Shown here: positions 42,100 to 56,363 of the stretch, one piece after another | How positions within the stretch are numbered: the stretch's first letter is position 1 | Layout: each line of letters begins with the position of its first letter | Source of the DNA: Eledone cirrhosa | Taxonomy: Eukaryota | NCBI GenBank assembly: GCA_964016885.1 | Contig: OZ024740.1 | Coordinates: forward strand, 64,976,001-65,040,000 | Length of the DNA: 64,000 nucleotides | Direction of reading: 5' to 3' | Notes under the pieces: generated by a model | Seen by the model: only the letters and a program-made list of their open reading frames with translations | Told to the model about the DNA's origin: nothing | Database searches by the model: none | Translations under genes and position numbers: made by a program

Positions 42100-42440
42100 A
42101 TCAAGAGATTTCCTGCTGAAAACTTATAGGCATGAGGGGGTCAAGGGCCTTGCTTGCTAGATCTTCATCTACAGACATCGACTAGGTCATGATGGGTCTG
42201 CCTTGTCTCTTATGTATGCTTCCCAGTTCATTTCGAGGTGGCGATTACTGGTCTCTTTATAAACAACTTAGAATGTGTAGAAAAATGTTCGTTCGAAGTA
42301 TGGCGACGATATCCTGTACACTACTGTGCTTGGTCCTTTCCATGACATCATCATTTGTAAAGTGGTTACAAAATTAATCCTAAGCACATTTATGAGACAC
42401 CGTCTGCGGAAGACATCTGTTGATCTGTAGATTGTACGTG
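42100..42440 (-). mobile_element. Highly decayed RTE-like LINE C-terminal remnant
   Basis: Minus frames give FRRRCLINVLRI and RQGRP-like motifs. Confidence 0.35.
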
Positions 42441-43422
42441 TCATCTTCGATGCCTAACAAACATATTTTGCCGTTGCCACGACGATTGACGTATACCGGC
42501 AGAGCTTTATATACTGGTTAATGCAGAAAATTAACCTTTCAGGCATGAGGCGCTGAAATTAGCTGCACCGTAGCCGAGTCCCCATTCCCCAACAGTTCTT
42601 GAGTTGCCATGTTTAACGAGGAAATTGTACATGGAGTACATATGCAAGGCCTTGAAACATTATATCCATTACATAATCTCGTCTTAATTTACAGTCCTGT
42701 AATATCTTGTGACATGAGACAATGCCATCGTATCATGACGTTGTTTTGATATTGAAATATGCCTTGGCTACATGTAAGCTTCAACCGAATCTATACTCGC
42801 CGATTTCTTGCATCATTGAGATATATGTATCTTGGGATTCTATATTTCCACAGTAACATTTATATTATTTGTCCACATGAATGGACCATTAATAAGCTAG
42901 GTATTGATACTTGTATTTTAAATGATTTTAATGCACTCTACACGAACTAGATGCATTATCTACATCTAACCCGACGGGCACAGGTTTTCCAAGTACGCAG
43001 CAGCCTAATCGCGATCACTCCATTTTGTAACAAGATTCATATCTTTATATAATCTTTATATAATGATATATTCCATCGTTTACAAGAAGCATCTATTTAC
43101 TCTTTTCTCAGTGATACTATACACATTTTTCTTCTGCCAGATTTCGTTCACAGAAAGGAATATATATGCTATCAAATACTTTCAACACCTCATTTCCTTC
43201 AGCAATTTTTATAGCTTAACAGATTTTATTTAACTTCTTAATATAGTTATTTTGTATACAATGCGTGAATAAAATTCTGCAAAACATCTGTTAATGTGTA
43301 TTATACATATATATTCATTTATATGCACACGTATATATAATAATAATAATAATAATAATAAATACAATGACCAAAATACGAAGTGGACAGGATAAGGACT
43401 GTATATATACATATATACATAC

Positions 43423-43515
<93 letters not shown>

Positions 43516-43540
43516 CACACACACACCAGAGTACTATATA

Positions 43541-43580
<40 letters not shown>

Positions 43581-46272
43581 GTAATAATAATAAATTTGAA
43601 GACTAAAATCTAAAGTGGGCCCCGATAATGATAAATATATATCAGATATATAAGATCCGTAGAGCAAATATTTATTAAAATAACAGATTAAAGTTTAAGC
43701 AAAGAATCGCTGCGTTCACCCTTAACGGGATCTTCTGAAACTAAAAAAGACAATCTGTGAACGCAGAAGTAAATATTTCAAAAAACGTTGCAATCGGAGG
43801 AAGACAGGAAGACGATCGTTTGGTTCGTGGAAACGTTCCCTGGCAAAGAACGGAAAAAACAACGAAGATAATACGTCATTATTTGGGGCGGTGAAAACAA
43901 TTACATGCAAAGACAAAGCCACGTTTATGGTATAAATGAAGTCGTAGACTAATTTTCTGTTAGGTGGTTCATGGAGACGTTCTCTGGCAATGAACGAAAA
44001 AAACGAAGATAATACACATATGTTCGCGGACTACGTCAACCAAAACACAAATTACACATATACACACACCCTACATACGTACGAAACCGCATACTCACAC
44101 AGACGCAAAACTCACGTATACACATAACCAAATGCACATGTACCAGTATATATAATATATACGCCATAACATATACATGCAAATATACGTACGAGAAAGT
44201 ATACGCACCTTCACAAAACATACAGTTAATATATACTTACCTATACAAATAAGTAATGGTATAAACATAACATGTACTTAGCTACTACACCAAGACGTAA
44301 AATATCCGCGTATAGTTCGTATAATCCGTTAGGGTATAATGTGGGGTTGTAGTTGAGGAAAGTTTTGTGCAATTTATGTTTACAAGCCGAAATTGCCTCA
44401 GATTTTTTTGTTTAAGATGTGGTCTTTGGCGTAGAGTAATTCCAGGGCCTCGGCGGCGCAGAAGTCACATGGTCTTTTATTTCCGTTATACGATCTAGCC
44501 CTAGTTAGGATCTCCCAGTGTAACTTATATTGAGGGTGGTTGTCTTTTAGACTCCAGATATAAGCTGGAAGTGACGTCATATCCCTTCTTAAAGGGTTAA
44601 GAAAAGAATGGGTAAGCATGTAAAGACGCTGCTTGAATCTACTGGCGGTTAACCCTATGTAGGCCCTAAGGGACGTGGGTGTTTCAACCTTACATTTGTA
44701 GACAATGTTATTAGAGATGCATTTCCCGGATAGGGGGCAGTCAACCCGTATACAATTACTGTTAGTACTACCTACAGCGTTGCACGTGTTCCTCCGGCTA
44801 GGTAATTTAGCTAAATTTGAAGCTGTGATGTTATGTGCAAGTTTAGGAGTCGTAGAGTAAGACATTTTAATGGTATTTCTATTAAAAATGTTACTATATT
44901 TATGTGCTGGGGGGAAATACTTCATAATAAGAGAGAGAAAGATCTTAGCTAATGGTGTGGCCACCTCCATATTATATGGTGGGTTATACCATGTAATGCG
45001 TCGGGATCTATTTTTCTTAGGTCTATTCTCGTACTCTGTATAAGCCACCTTATCGATAAATCCACTCTGAGCAAGAGCTTCATTGCAATATGTGGAATGG
45101 TCGTTGAAAATATGCTCGTTTGTAGATATACGGGAAAACCTCAAAGAAACGTTTCTTACCAGGTTCTTGGTTATGCTGGTGGGATGGTTAGAATGCTTAC
45201 TTATGTAATTAAGCGTATCATTCGGATTTCTATACGGGTAGTGCACGCCATTCGACAAATTGAGGGTAACGTGGAGGTAATTAACGACCGAGACGTTGGT
45301 CTCAACCTGTATGGAGAGGTTGAAGCCTTTAAAGAAGGCTGTGAGTCCTTTCTGAACCTGTCGCAAGCACGTGGGCCGCACTTTGTCATCACGGTACAAA
45401 CCACCGCCCACATTGGAGAATTCTTCCTTGATAGAGAAAATAAGGAAAAGGCCGATAAGATCAGTAACCTCCGCAGAATCGCTGGCACCCATACTCACGT
45501 CGAATTGGGTACTATTAGATTTTTTTATCCAAATAGAGTCGTCGAGATTAATCACCGACTTACGTGCATTGAGGATGACATCAACTTCGAAATCCTTAAC
45601 CATTATGAGTGTTTTAGCGAAATTGATAGCTCTAAGAAGAAGTGTTAAGTAATAGAGGAGTAGTAATTATTGATGTGGAATTGGATAAAACGGCAATGTT
45701 CCTTGTTGCATATGCCGTTGAACCAATTAATCCCCGCGAAAGATTTGGTGCATACGTTCGTATGTGTGCGGGTACAGGCGTTGTGTGGGTTCTTTATGTG
45801 CTTGCGTGTTTTTTTTTTGTTTTTATTTGTACGTGCTTGTATTTACATACCCATGGCGAGTGTTTTCGCGTATGCTTGTGTAAGTACGTATTTAGATGTG
45901 TGTATGTATATATTTAATTTTAATTACCTCTGTATTTTATTTACTTTATTCTTAACTCTGAAGACGAGAATCATTCGGTTTCCTAAATAGAATTTTAGTC
46001 TACGACTTCTGTTATACGATTTACATGGTTTGTCTTTGCGTGTAATTGTTCTCACCGCCCAACATAATGACGTGTTATCTTCGTTTTTTCCGTTCATTGC
46101 CAGGGAACGTTTCCACGAACCAAAGTATCGTCTTCCTATCTTCCTTCAGTTGCAACGTTTTTTGAAATATTTACTTCTGCGTTCACATATTGATTTTTTT
46201 AGTTTCAGAAGATCCTGTTAAGGGTGAAAGCAGCGATTCTTTGCTTAAACTTTAATCTGTTATTTTAATAAA
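43581..46272 (-). mobile_element. Penelope-like retroelement, 5'-truncated, with inverted pseudo-LTR
   Basis: RT and GIY-YIG ORF on minus; 45990-46272 is an inverted copy of 43670-43960; both ends abut (TA)n. Confidence 0.9.
44398..45740 (-). pseudogene. PLE reverse transcriptase C-terminal half and GIY-YIG endonuclease
   Basis: FIQFHINNYYSSIT (degenerate motif A), FDVSMGASDSAEVTDLIGL, GLYRDD, YISKHSNHP, WYNPPY, CPLSGKC..NIVYKC..AYIGLT..FKQR, CDFC; frameshifts at both ends. Confidence 0.88.
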
Positions 46273-46867
46273 TATATATATATATATATGAGTATATATA
46301 AAATTGTTCAAATATCTTTTTTGTTCAAATACAGATTAATATTTTAAACAATGCATTGCTACTTTCATCCGAAGCAGACACTTCTAAAACTGAGAAAATT
46401 TAATGTAGACGCAGAAGTAATTATTTCAGAAAAGTTACGATCATATATTGCCTTTAGAAAACAGAACGACATAACAGCATTACGTGATGACGTTTGATGT
46501 GACCTCAGGTGTCATAGAACGATGAGGATTACTACTATATTTGCTTATGTCCATAAGCGTAGTGTACTAGCTCACCATACGCACTTTTCCATTCTTTCGC
46601 TGACGTCACGATTCCTAATTTTTGTACATGGTGGTTCTGTTCGAACCACCACTGACGGTTCGGAATCGTATAAAATGGTGCATCGATCCGGGTAACTCTA
46701 GTTTCCTGCCCACGTAAAGCAGTTTTCTCTCTGATTAATGTATATGTGTACACTCTAATAGGTTGGGATTTTATTTTAGTAATACAGACTTAATTAAATT
46801 ATTCTGTGAATGAGAACAACCCCGAAGCTGTGTTCATCATATTCGATGAGTTTTGTTTTCATTATAT

Positions 46868-47041
46868 TTGGCAGTATCGGTAGAGGATTGGACGCCATGC
46901 TTTCTAGCATAGTTACGTCCCTTTACAGTCTGAGTTCAAATCCCGCTGAGGTTAACTTTGCCTTTCATCCTTCCGTGGTCGATAAAATAAAGTACCAGTA
47001 ATTTACTGGGTAATTGCAGGCCTTGTGCCTAAAGTAGAAAC

Positions 47042-47045
<4 letters not shown>
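46868..47045 (+). mobile_element. tRNA-derived SINE
   Basis: TTGGCAGTATCGG, GAGTTCAAATCCC, conserved body and GGCCTTGTGCCTAAAGTAGAAAC end. Confidence 0.88.
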
Positions 47046-47121
<76 letters not shown>

Positions 47122-47304
47122 ATGTGTGTGAGTGTGTGTGTATGTGTGTTTGTGTGTGTGTGTACATATATATATATATATATACTTACGGTAAACATGT
47201 TGAATAAACGGTGTTGCGTATGCAACGCTCCAATCAGTAAATAATGATTCAATTCGATTCAAGCACTCAAAATCTTCATTCTTTTTCCAAATATGATTAA
47301 AGAT

Positions 47305-48603
47305 GGCTTTATTAACAAAGCTGTGATATGTATTTCAATGAGAATCATGGCTACGTGATCGTTCAATCACGTAACTTGTCCCGTGATATCATTAGACATC
47401 ATCTTTATGTAATAAGAGTATGTTTCCGAGGCAATCCAACCTAGAGTTAAGGGAACGGCAGAAATTATGTCTTCATATCCATTTCCTGATGAACGTTAAT
47501 GTCCACTCCACAGCTTTGCAGAAGCATAGAGTGGAGGACTGGCTGACTATACGTCTATCCTCCCCTACCTGCTAGCATCTAATGCCGCAGAGACAAGCCT
47601 ATCCCACACACCAAGCCCCCCTCACCACATCCACTGCGATACTACGGTCACAGTGTTCAATTAAGTCTAAACGTTTAGTTTATTGATAGGCCCGCGTCAA
47701 GCAAACGCCAGCACTAATAAGCCAGAAATCATGTGGTGGAGTGCATGCATCTTCCCGCCTACTACCTCTATGTTATGGTAGGACACATGTCAACACGTTG
47801 ACCGTAAAAGCTTATATTGATGAGTGAATTATTGTTTAACTTCCAATCAACATAAGTGGATGGATACATTTATTCTAGGGTCTAGAAATTATAATTCTAC
47901 ATTTAAATTAAAAATGAAAAGTAAAAAAATTAAAACTTCAGAATCAACAAATTAGAAAATAGAGTTTAATTTCAAATATTAAATATTAAGAATTAATGAT
48001 TAACAATTGAATGTTATGTGTTAAGAAACTAAGTAGTATCATAGTATATAAAGTATACGACCTATATAACGTACGATAGATAGAGAAACATATTAACCGG
48101 GTTACTAATAATCACAGATAGTAATATACTGAGAACCAATAACGAAATATAGCAGATTCATTTAAACTATAAAATGTAGTAATCAATCAATTAATTCGTT
48201 AATATCTCAGTCATTCAATTAAATAAAAATGAAAAATGAAAGAAATGAAAAAAATATTTGGCAGGTGCTGAAATGGGAATAAAGATATACGATATAGGTG
48301 ATATGAGTTTACGAATTATATTCAGATCATTTATATTTGCAGTACTGTAGTAGCCAGTGTAATAAACTGGTCTGTTCTTCCATGGGTACTTGAGTGCAGT
48401 AGGTCCCGGTGATCCGCATATACATTTTCCGACTGTCAATTGATCCGATGAAATGAGGGGGAGAATTTGCATGAGTATCTTGGAAACGTTACGATATTAA
48501 ATAAATATTCTGTCTGATGATATCATGTAACCGGTTACGTAATTGAACAATGAAGTAGCCACCATCATCATTGGAATATATATCACAGCTTTGTTAATAA
48601 AGG
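47305..48603. mobile_element. About 1.3-kb non-coding element with long imperfect terminal inverted repeats
   Basis: TTTATTAACAAAGCTGTGATAT...GATATCATTAGACA...GTTTCCGAG (47308-47430) versus its reverse complement at 48478-48602; a related left end lies at about 62280-62450. Confidence 0.55.
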
Positions 48604-48712
48604 ATTTTTAAATTTTACATAGAACTTCGCGTTTTCTCTCGAATCCACACCCACTTACAAATATATATATATATATATATAAAAATAAATATATACATAA
48701 CATATATATATA

Positions 48713-48782
<70 letters not shown>

Positions 48783-48811
48783 GTATACATATATGTATGT
48801 ACGTATAGTTA

Positions 48812-48892
<81 letters not shown>

Positions 48893-48960
48893 GTATATAT
48901 ATATGAGTATATATATATATACATATATATATATACACATATATATATACATATATATAT

Positions 48961-48992
<32 letters not shown>

Positions 48993-48998
<6 letters not shown>

Positions 48999-49341
48999 AG
49001 TTTATGTTGGTTGTATACCAACACCTCGGTGTGCAGCCTGGAGCACTCGACGAAGTGCGCAGGTTGGTTGGTTACTCCGGAGTAGTGTAAAATAAAGTTA
49101 AATAAAAGTCAAATGATTAAAAGTCAAATGACTCCAGTCCCCCAGTGAATTAACAACCCAACAAGGAACTGGGCATATCAGAGTATTGACAATATTATAC
49201 ACCTAAACAACATATGTACTTGTCTATACCATACTAATTCAAACTGCCTGAAGAGGTCACAGCCAAAGATGGCTGTCACTGAAATATATATAGCAGTAAT
49301 AAACGAAGCTAAATTTTAATCATTTGACTTTTATTTAACTT

Positions 49342-49348
<7 letters not shown>
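48993..49348 (+). mobile_element. Short PLE-like element with internal inverted repeat, in (TA)n
   Basis: TAAAATAAAGTTAAATAAAAGTCAAATGATTAAAA (49088-49122) is inverted at 49314-49348; contains a hammerhead. Confidence 0.65.
49243..49297 (+). ncRNA. Type I hammerhead ribozyme
   Basis: actgc CTGAAGA ggt c acagcca-aaga-tggctgt c act GAAA tatata TA gcagt. Confidence 0.85.
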
Positions 49349-49399
<51 letters not shown>

Positions 49400-49406
<7 letters not shown>

Positions 49407-50040
49407 TAAGTATATGTACATACATATATGTATACAGACGTACATTAGTATGTATATATATATACATACATACACACATATATATATATATAAATAGAGT
49501 ATGGGTTTACCAAACATTTATTATAATGCTCGGTTTGTTTGTAAACAAACATCCCGAATTAAGCCGTACAGTGTTTAGCAACCATCGTTGCCCTTTTGGT
49601 CAACACTGACAAAGGAACGATGTACTAGTTTCAAGCTTATTAGCTATCGTCAGCATCGTATACCTTCCTGCTAGATTGTTGAACGTCCGAAAGTATATAC
49701 TTTCCTTATGCATATTAACGGCTGAACAGCCTAATTTGCATATCGAGTGAGTTAGTCGGCCGAGCGCACCTTAAACGATAAATGAAACAAAGGAAACGAA
49801 ATTTCATTTCCCACTCTTAGTACGGTTGTTACTTAAATATAAGTATGTATACGTACATACATATATGTATATATACGTACAGTAGTATGTATATATATAT
49901 TAATACATACATGCACACATATATATATATATATGTACGTATGGATTCACCGAACATTTATTATAATGCTCGGTTTGTTTGTATACAAACATCCCGAAAA
50001 AGGGCAACGATGGTTGCTAAACACTGTACGGCTTAATTGT
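49400..50040 (-). mobile_element. Hammerhead-bearing non-coding repeat, partial tandem plus small inversion; second copy at 56560-57155
   Basis: 49500-49557 repeats at 49939-49997; 50000-50038 inverts 49558-49595; colinear with 56690-57045. Confidence 0.75.
49612..49666 (-). ncRNA. Type I hammerhead ribozyme
   Basis: Minus strand: aagg tat acgatg CTGACGA t agct-aata-agct t GAAA ctag TA catcgt t cctt. Confidence 0.85.
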
Positions 50041-50500
50041 TGAGTTCGAATCTCAAATAAGTCTCATTACAGTAAATTAGCTCCATTTCAACTGTCGAGT
50101 AAACTCGGCTGCTATTTTTAGTGGCGAGAGTGTGCAAGACACGCTAAGTTCGGGAACCATGCCCGTTACATATACACACATTATCCAGTTTCACATTAGA
50201 TTTAGAAGTGATAAGGTTACTAATTTCTTCACCCGCTGATGAGCTTAGGACTTTGGTAATCCTTTTCACAAATAATATTGCGTAACAGTTTTTATGAAAA
50301 CTGTCTGGGTGTTCGGTTGTTACCACAATTATGGTTTGTATTTATTTTTCTTGATTTATTCTTAAATTGAGTCTGGCAAACCATATTGTCTGTAGTTAAT
50401 ATATTTTTAACCTTAGCGATTCTGGTCCATTACGATTTGAACACATATATGTAAATGTCTGTGTTCGTTTTTCTCTTTTTTCCTTTTTTTTTTTGTTCAG

Positions 50501-50564
<64 letters not shown>

Positions 50565-50599
50565 AAAGAATAGAGATGTAACACATGAGTTATGAAAAA

Positions 50600-50781
50600 G
50601 CAAACATCACGAGCGCTCTATCTCAAAATTATTTTTGAAAAGCATTAGAAATGCGCAACCGGTAAAAACTTAAACCAAAACTGAATACTAACCAATCCTT
50701 ATTACTAATTTTTATTTATTCCTAATTAAACTATTTTTCACTGGGAACAATTTGTCAGCATTTTCTTTTCCTTTTACCAAT
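50600..50781 (+). repeat. Repeat with U3-A8 hammerhead-like motif; inverted copy at 51677-51856
   Basis: ttt TTGAAAA gcatt-aga-aatgc GCAA ccgg TA aaa at 50632-50667; both copies have GCAA in place of GAAA. Confidence 0.6.
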
Positions 50782-50801
50782 ATATATATATAGATAGATA
50801 T

Positions 50802-51015
50802 AGTAATAATAATAAATTTGAAGACTAAAATCCAAAGGAGGCTCGATAAGGATAAATATATATCAAATATATAAGAACCGTAGAGCAAATATTTATTAAA
50901 ATAACAGTTTAAAGTTTAAGCAAAGAATCGCTGCTTTCACCCTTAACGGGATCTTCAGGGATCGTTAAGGGTGAAAGCAGCGATTCTTTGCTTAAACTTT
51001 AATATGTTATTTTAA
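50802..51015. repeat. Fold-back fragment of the 43581-46272 PLE pseudo-LTR
   Basis: 50802-50956 matches 43581-43735, then turns back on itself (50964-51015). Confidence 0.8.
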
Positions 51016-51311
51016 TATATATATATATATATAATATTTATATGTATGTATATATGTATGACCAGCCAAGCGCTCTTGCCATAATAACACATTTTGAACT
51101 GTTTATCCTCAAGAACTATGCCTGTAAATAATAGTATTCTTTCTTTCCCATTACCTTATTATGTTGCACACCACCCCTATTTTTATCTTTTTTCTTTTTA
51201 CTTCAAAAACCTTGTTTGTAAATAATATTATTCTTTCTTTCCCATGTCCTTAAATTGTTCAACATCACATTATTTTCTCTCCCACATTTTATACCAATAC
51301 AAATTCCCCCT

Positions 51312-51341
51312 TTGATAATGCATAAAATGCTGAAACCGGTA
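51312..51341 (+). ncRNA. Hammerhead core, U3-A8 variant, helix I decayed
   Basis: TTGATAA t gcat-aaa-atgc t GAAA ccgg TA. Confidence 0.45.
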
Positions 51342-51499
51342 ATAGACAATTATTAAATATATACATGAATAAATAAATAAATGGCATTGTTAATTAATAT
51401 ATACATTAACTAATACCTTAACACTTCACACAAAGTAAAATATTTTGTTTTAAACATTATCTAACCCAGTAAAAAGAGAAAAAAATATGTTTCTTCCTA

Positions 51500-51648
<149 letters not shown>

Positions 51649-52349
51649 GAAGAAAAATAAGAAATATATATATATATTGGTAAAAGGAAAAGAAAATGCT
51701 GACAAATTGCTCCCAGTGAAAAATAGCTTAATTAGGAATAAGTAAAAATTAGTAATATTATTGGTTAGTATTCAATTTTGGTTTTAGGTTTTACCGGTTG
51801 CGCATTTCTAATGCTTTTCAAAAATAATTTTGAGATAGAGCGCCCGTGATGTTTGTTCTAATCTGATTAGTTTTGGAAATTCTACCTGTTGTATGTAAAA
51901 AAAGTGGCTCCAGATGTATGAAAAAATTCTTGCAGTCAAAACAATTTTTGATTGGTCGGTAGAGGTCATGTGAATGTTAAAAATTGATTTTGCGCCAAAT
52001 GTAGGTTTGTCTCGACTGATTGCGAAGTCACTGAAAACAAGTCTTTCAAGACAAATATGTGTGTGTGTAGTAGTAGTAAAGAGGTTTGTTGTTGTGATAA
52101 TGGTCAGCAGGGATGTGTGTGCGAACCGCAGCCTGCTGACAGTTCAAATGCCTCAAGTGTGTGTGTGTGTGATATATACTCCCTTCGATTTTGATGTATG
52201 AGGATCCAAATATCTTATTCAGTTCACTCTGTTTGGATGTTTATATCGGGTATGACATTTGAGACCTGTCAAGCTCGAGATTTACTGGATAATGTTACTG
52301 GTGTGTTTGAAAATATTTTCTTCCCCTTGATTTTTGCTGCCAACGGATT

Positions 52350-52670
52350 CAGCCAGACTCGAAATTCATGATCCCACTATGACATAAAAATCTGCAATTC
52401 TCACCCTGAAAGGCCACGTTCTCAAATATCTCAAATGCATGTCTTGATGATGAAGTAATGAATCGTATAGTGAAAACCACGAGTGTATTTGGCAAGCTCA
52501 GTAATCGTCATTGGAATGAGAAGGGCATAAAACTGGATACCAACATATAGGTTTATATAGCCGTTGTACTGACCACACTCTTATATGGATGAGAATATTT
52601 GATTCTATATATATCACACATCAACCAGCCTGACGTCTTTGATAAAGGTTGCCTTCGTGCAATATGCGGT
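52350..52670 (+). mobile_element. Decayed RTE LINE fragment
   Basis: DDEVMNRIVKTTSVFGKLSNRHWNEKGIKLDT..VYIAVVLTTLLYG. Confidence 0.75.
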
Positions 52671-53745
52671 TACTCACTCGAATATATATATATATATATA
52701 TATATATTTCGTTTCTGAATTTGGCAACATGACCCTCCCAAGGTATAACAATATATATATAAATGCATCTACAAGCAATGCGATAAAGCATGTGGAACAT
52801 AGATGAACAATATATCAAGTGTAAAGAGATTTTGACAGCTTTGAAATATTACATTGTTATCTGTGTTTGGACGTTTCTTTGAACCATAAGATATAAATGA
52901 ATTCAACACACTTAACGAAACCAATATATAATAAAAAAAAAAAAAATACATGATCGCGCTATCATCGTATCTTTGTTGTAGTTGATCTGGTTGACAATAT
53001 GAATGACTTCATTTTTTCAGAAAATACTGCCTGTCATATTTGATGTCATATTTGTAACAAAAACTATTACAGCACGAGATATATTTTTCCAAGCATTTTC
53101 ATATTCTAAAGGAAAAAACATGACAAGCAATGCCTTCAAAATATGTATAGCATACCGCCCTGCAGTCCTTTAGCAATAAATGAAATATTGAAACAACGAC
53201 CACACTGAATAACTGTTATGCCGTTGCAATAGTATCAATGAGAAGGCTTTAATAAATCTATCAAACAAAGAACTTAGTGTGTTTCAGATAGATATTAGTT
53301 CGTTTCGATATATATGGGCTATATATTACAGATCCCAGATCTTAGTATGTTTGAAGAAACTTCAAATATATCTGTCGATATATTGCTCACTGGCATATTT
53401 GATAACAGTATATTCCTCAGAATGTACATAGCACAAAAATAATAAATAAATTAACAATGTTTGATGACTAATTATGGAGAAAAACTTTTATATAATAAAT
53501 ATAACCACGTTGATGTATCCATTTCTTTTATGAAGTATGTCATATTCCAACTGCACCCACACGCACACACATACACACAAACTATATATATATATATATG
53601 TGTGTGTATATCAGAACACACTCACTGATTGGTTGGTTTTCGCTTCTGCATCTTTTATATCTCCATAGTTAATTCATTTGGCCATTAATATTTATCACTG
53701 ACTGACCAACGGTCAAAATACAAATATGAATACATATATATAGTC

Positions 53746-53789
53746 TAACAAAGTTCTTTCGTTGCATGTCTGCAACATCATCAGTGGTA
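53746..53789 (-). ncRNA. Hammerhead ribozyme motif
   Basis: Minus strand: tacca CTGATGA t gttgca-gaca-tgcaac GAAA gaac TT tgtta; 6-bp helix II, 4 of 5 pairs in helix I. Confidence 0.55.
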
Positions 53790-54776
53790 CTATTATCATA
53801 TTTCCCCTACTATTTCCCAATACTATGTATTGTAATGTCTACGCCATTTTTATTTTATCTATTTATTTATTTATTTATTTATTTTTGGCTCCGTCTCTGC
53901 GCATGCCTTTGCGTGTGTGTATAGTTTTTGGTGTGTGTGTTCGCGTTTGGGTGTATGCGTTTTGGTTATTGTATTCTATATTAGTTTATTAGTGTGTGTT
54001 TATATGTTTGTAGTTATTGTGCTTGTGTATATATATATTTTTTTTATTTATTTATTTATATTTCCCTTAAGTCAGTATTGTTTGTTTGGGTGTTGTTGTT
54101 GTTCCATTCATTTATTTATTTAGCTTTGGCTTTCTAAGTTTTATATCGATTGCTTCTCTGATTTGCCTACCTCTTTAGGTAATTGTAAATGACTGTTTGA
54201 GTTTAAACTCTAAATATAATATGATATTACTCCTCCTTCGGCAGAGCTAATTTTTAATCCCATATAAACGGCTGTTATTTCTAGCGCCATGAATATGAGA
54301 TAGCTAGAGAGCTGGAAAAACCTCGTGCGTCTTGTGCTCGTAAACCAGACCTTCAAAATTTTTTCGTGTTAAAGTAACCTAATATTTCTGGGTACCTGTT
54401 GATAAGCACAGAAAATTGATTATTTCACTTTTTATACCATCGTTTGCGAAACATGTTTGGATTTTGAAGTTCAGATTGATCTGCGGAAAAGGTTTGAATT
54501 TTGAAATTTAAATTTGTCCAGGTACCACGGCTATTTGCCAATATGAGTTTGTGTATATTGATTTATTATTTTAAATCGATACAGGCAAGCTATATATATT
54601 TGAATTAGTTTATTTCGTTCTAGCTAACTTCGTCTTTTACAATACAAACACTTAGGTGTTTATCATATATTAATTTATATTAACTTGTATTTCACGGCTC
54701 AGAAATGCTTCTTTCTTTGAGCTAATTAATTGTAAATGACTGTTTGAGTTTAAACTCTAAATATAATATGATATAA

Positions 54777-55109
54777 ACATTTACAGTAAAAAACAATTTC
54801 ACCTGCAACTCGGAGAACTTGATTTACGCAATAACTTGCGGTGGGTGCAAACACAACTACATAGGACAGACGGGCACCTCATTACGCAAAAGAATGACCA
54901 TCCACCGCCAACAAATCCGGGACGCTAACACAAGAAAAATCCCCTTGAGCAGCCATATTGCGAACTGCGCAGGAATGACACAACCCAACTTTAAAATCTT
55001 CCCTTTCTACAAGTGCTCAGATTCGTTCACACAACAACAAAGAATAAACAAAGAAAATCTATTCCTTAACAAATTTAAACCAAAACTAAACGGGTTATCA
55101 CCCCAATAG
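54777..55109 (+). pseudogene. GIY-YIG endonuclease domain of a second PLE lineage
   Basis: NFTCNSENLIYAITCGGCKHNYIGQTGTSLRKRMTIHRQ...HIANC...RINKE...PKLN. Confidence 0.85.
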
Positions 55110-55396
55110 AATTGTCATAAAATATAAACACACATACGCACGGAATCACTACTATTAAAGACCAGAGACCAATTCTGTAGAATCAGGTTTATTCATTGAC
55201 AGACCATGCCTTTGTGTGACCAACACATCCATGTTAAACCCTGCACGTGCACACACATATATCTATATATATATGCGCACACAGAATTCACCACTGTCGG
55301 TTGCGGGGCCCAATCTACATGAAGAACTCAATGTGATCAGAATGACTTGTATTTTAATTTCACTGCCCCAACTTCTTATATTATGGAAAAAATATA

Positions 55397-55723
55397 TGTG
55401 TCTGTATGTATATATATATATATATATATTTGAAGGCCATTTCTCTGTGTGTGGGTGTATGTATGTGTGTGTGTGTGTGTGTGAGTATGTGTGTGCATGT
55501 GGATGTATGTATTGTGTGTGCGTGTGTGTGTGTGTGTGTGTGTATGTATGTGGGTATCTGGATGTATGCGTATGTGTATATATATATATATATGCGTGTG
55601 TGTGTGTGTGTGTGTATATATATGTGTGTGTATGTGTGTATATATATGTGTGTGTGTGTGTGTGTGTATGTTTGTATGTGTGTATGTATATATATATATG
55701 TGTGTGTGTATGTATGTGTGGGG

Positions 55724-55809
<86 letters not shown>

Positions 55810-55848
55810 ATGTATGTGTGTATCTGGATGTATGTGTATGTATATATA

Positions 55849-55903
<55 letters not shown>

Positions 55904-55972
55904 ATGTGTATATATATGTGTGTGTGTGTGTATGTGTGTATGTATATGTATGTGTGTGTGTATGTATGTGTG

Positions 55973-56013
<41 letters not shown>

Positions 56014-56035
56014 GTATATGTATGTATGTGTGGAT
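55397..56035. repeat. Compound (TG)n/(TA)n microsatellite
   Basis: Direct reading. Confidence 0.95.
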
Positions 56036-56363
56036 GAAGGTATGTGTGTATATATAGGTGTAAGTGCACTAAATCCTTTTCTATCACGCTCCACTCTCCT
56101 ACCCATCACAGGAAGATATATGTGTGTGTATATTGCTTCCACCCCCTCACTGATCAGCAGCTGGCGATTGCTAAATCTGACCTTTATAAAATAACCCACA
56201 CCCCAAATAACTTCTCATTCACTACCAGAAAGGGACACAGCAGTCAACCTGTTGTTGCTACCTAGATGAAAACTGCTATGAAATCCCACAATGAATTTTA
56301 TACTTGAATTTTCAAGTCTCAAATTTTAACTCTTCGTATTATTAATTTTTCTTAATATTAATC

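Noticed and set aside
48511-48540. CTGATGA...GTAACCGGTT
   Set aside because: No helix II, and the motif is not conserved in the opposite TIR arm.
50040-50420. Possible decayed PLE ORF on the minus strand
   Set aside because: Only a vague WF...ILF...CIC resemblance; not supportable.
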